NCBI GenBank assembly: GCA_963796965.1
Contig: CAWCNS010000007.1
Coordinates: 640,001 to 704,000, forward strand
From: Calditrichia bacterium
GTDB lineage: Bacteria > Calditrichota > Calditrichia > JAJRVZ01
Length of the DNA: 64,000 bases
Reading direction: 5' to 3'
The position numbers and the translations under genes were made by a program. Positions 63,958-64,000 of the stretch are shown here, piece by piece (position 1 is the stretch's first letter; each line of letters starts with the position of its first letter). Below the pieces are notes generated by a model. It searched no databases, was not told the origin of the DNA, and saw nothing but the letters and a program-made list of their open reading frames with translations.

Positions 63958-64000
63958 AAATCACTCTTTCACAACGAGAGTTGAAAGCCAATCTCTGATT

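Noticed and set aside
780..63960. Integron cassette array (attC sites)
   Set aside because: Genes lie on both strands, the repeats lack consistent RYYYAAC/GTTRRRY ends, and no integrase is present.

Overview
About 64 kb of bacterial DNA at roughly 40% GC by eye. Two secreted proteins carry T9SS-type-A/FlgD-like tails (xYPNPFN), which fits a Calditrichota/KSB1/FCB-related genome (inference). The window is mostly a catalogue of secreted or lipoprotein carbohydrate-processing genes: PL1, an Ogl/PL22-like fusion, GH33 plus several BNR proteins, GH78, GH95-like, GH2, GH127-like, DUF2961/GH172, GH32, a sulfatase, an SSS transporter, NagA and FAD/NAD oxidoreductases. About 15 genes are split by frameshifts, probably mostly long-read indel errors. 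The most interesting structure is non-coding. (1) An IS110/IS1111-type element at 53763-55160 whose CT core duplication, sub-terminal inverted repeats, circle-junction promoter (TTGACA-N17-TATGTT) and candidate bridge-RNA guides can all be read from the sequence; its reconstructed empty target resembles a host dispersed repeat. (2) Most intergenic spaces hold one of several short inverted-repeat families, and these are repeatedly interrupted, sometimes in nested fashion, by 15-45 bp hairpin mini-inserts, many starting GCCTG. (3) Two GTAG-type REP loci have expanded into 165-bp and 182-bp tandem arrays. No rRNA, tRNA, CRISPR array or cas gene was recognised. All family calls are by motif recognition without database searches.
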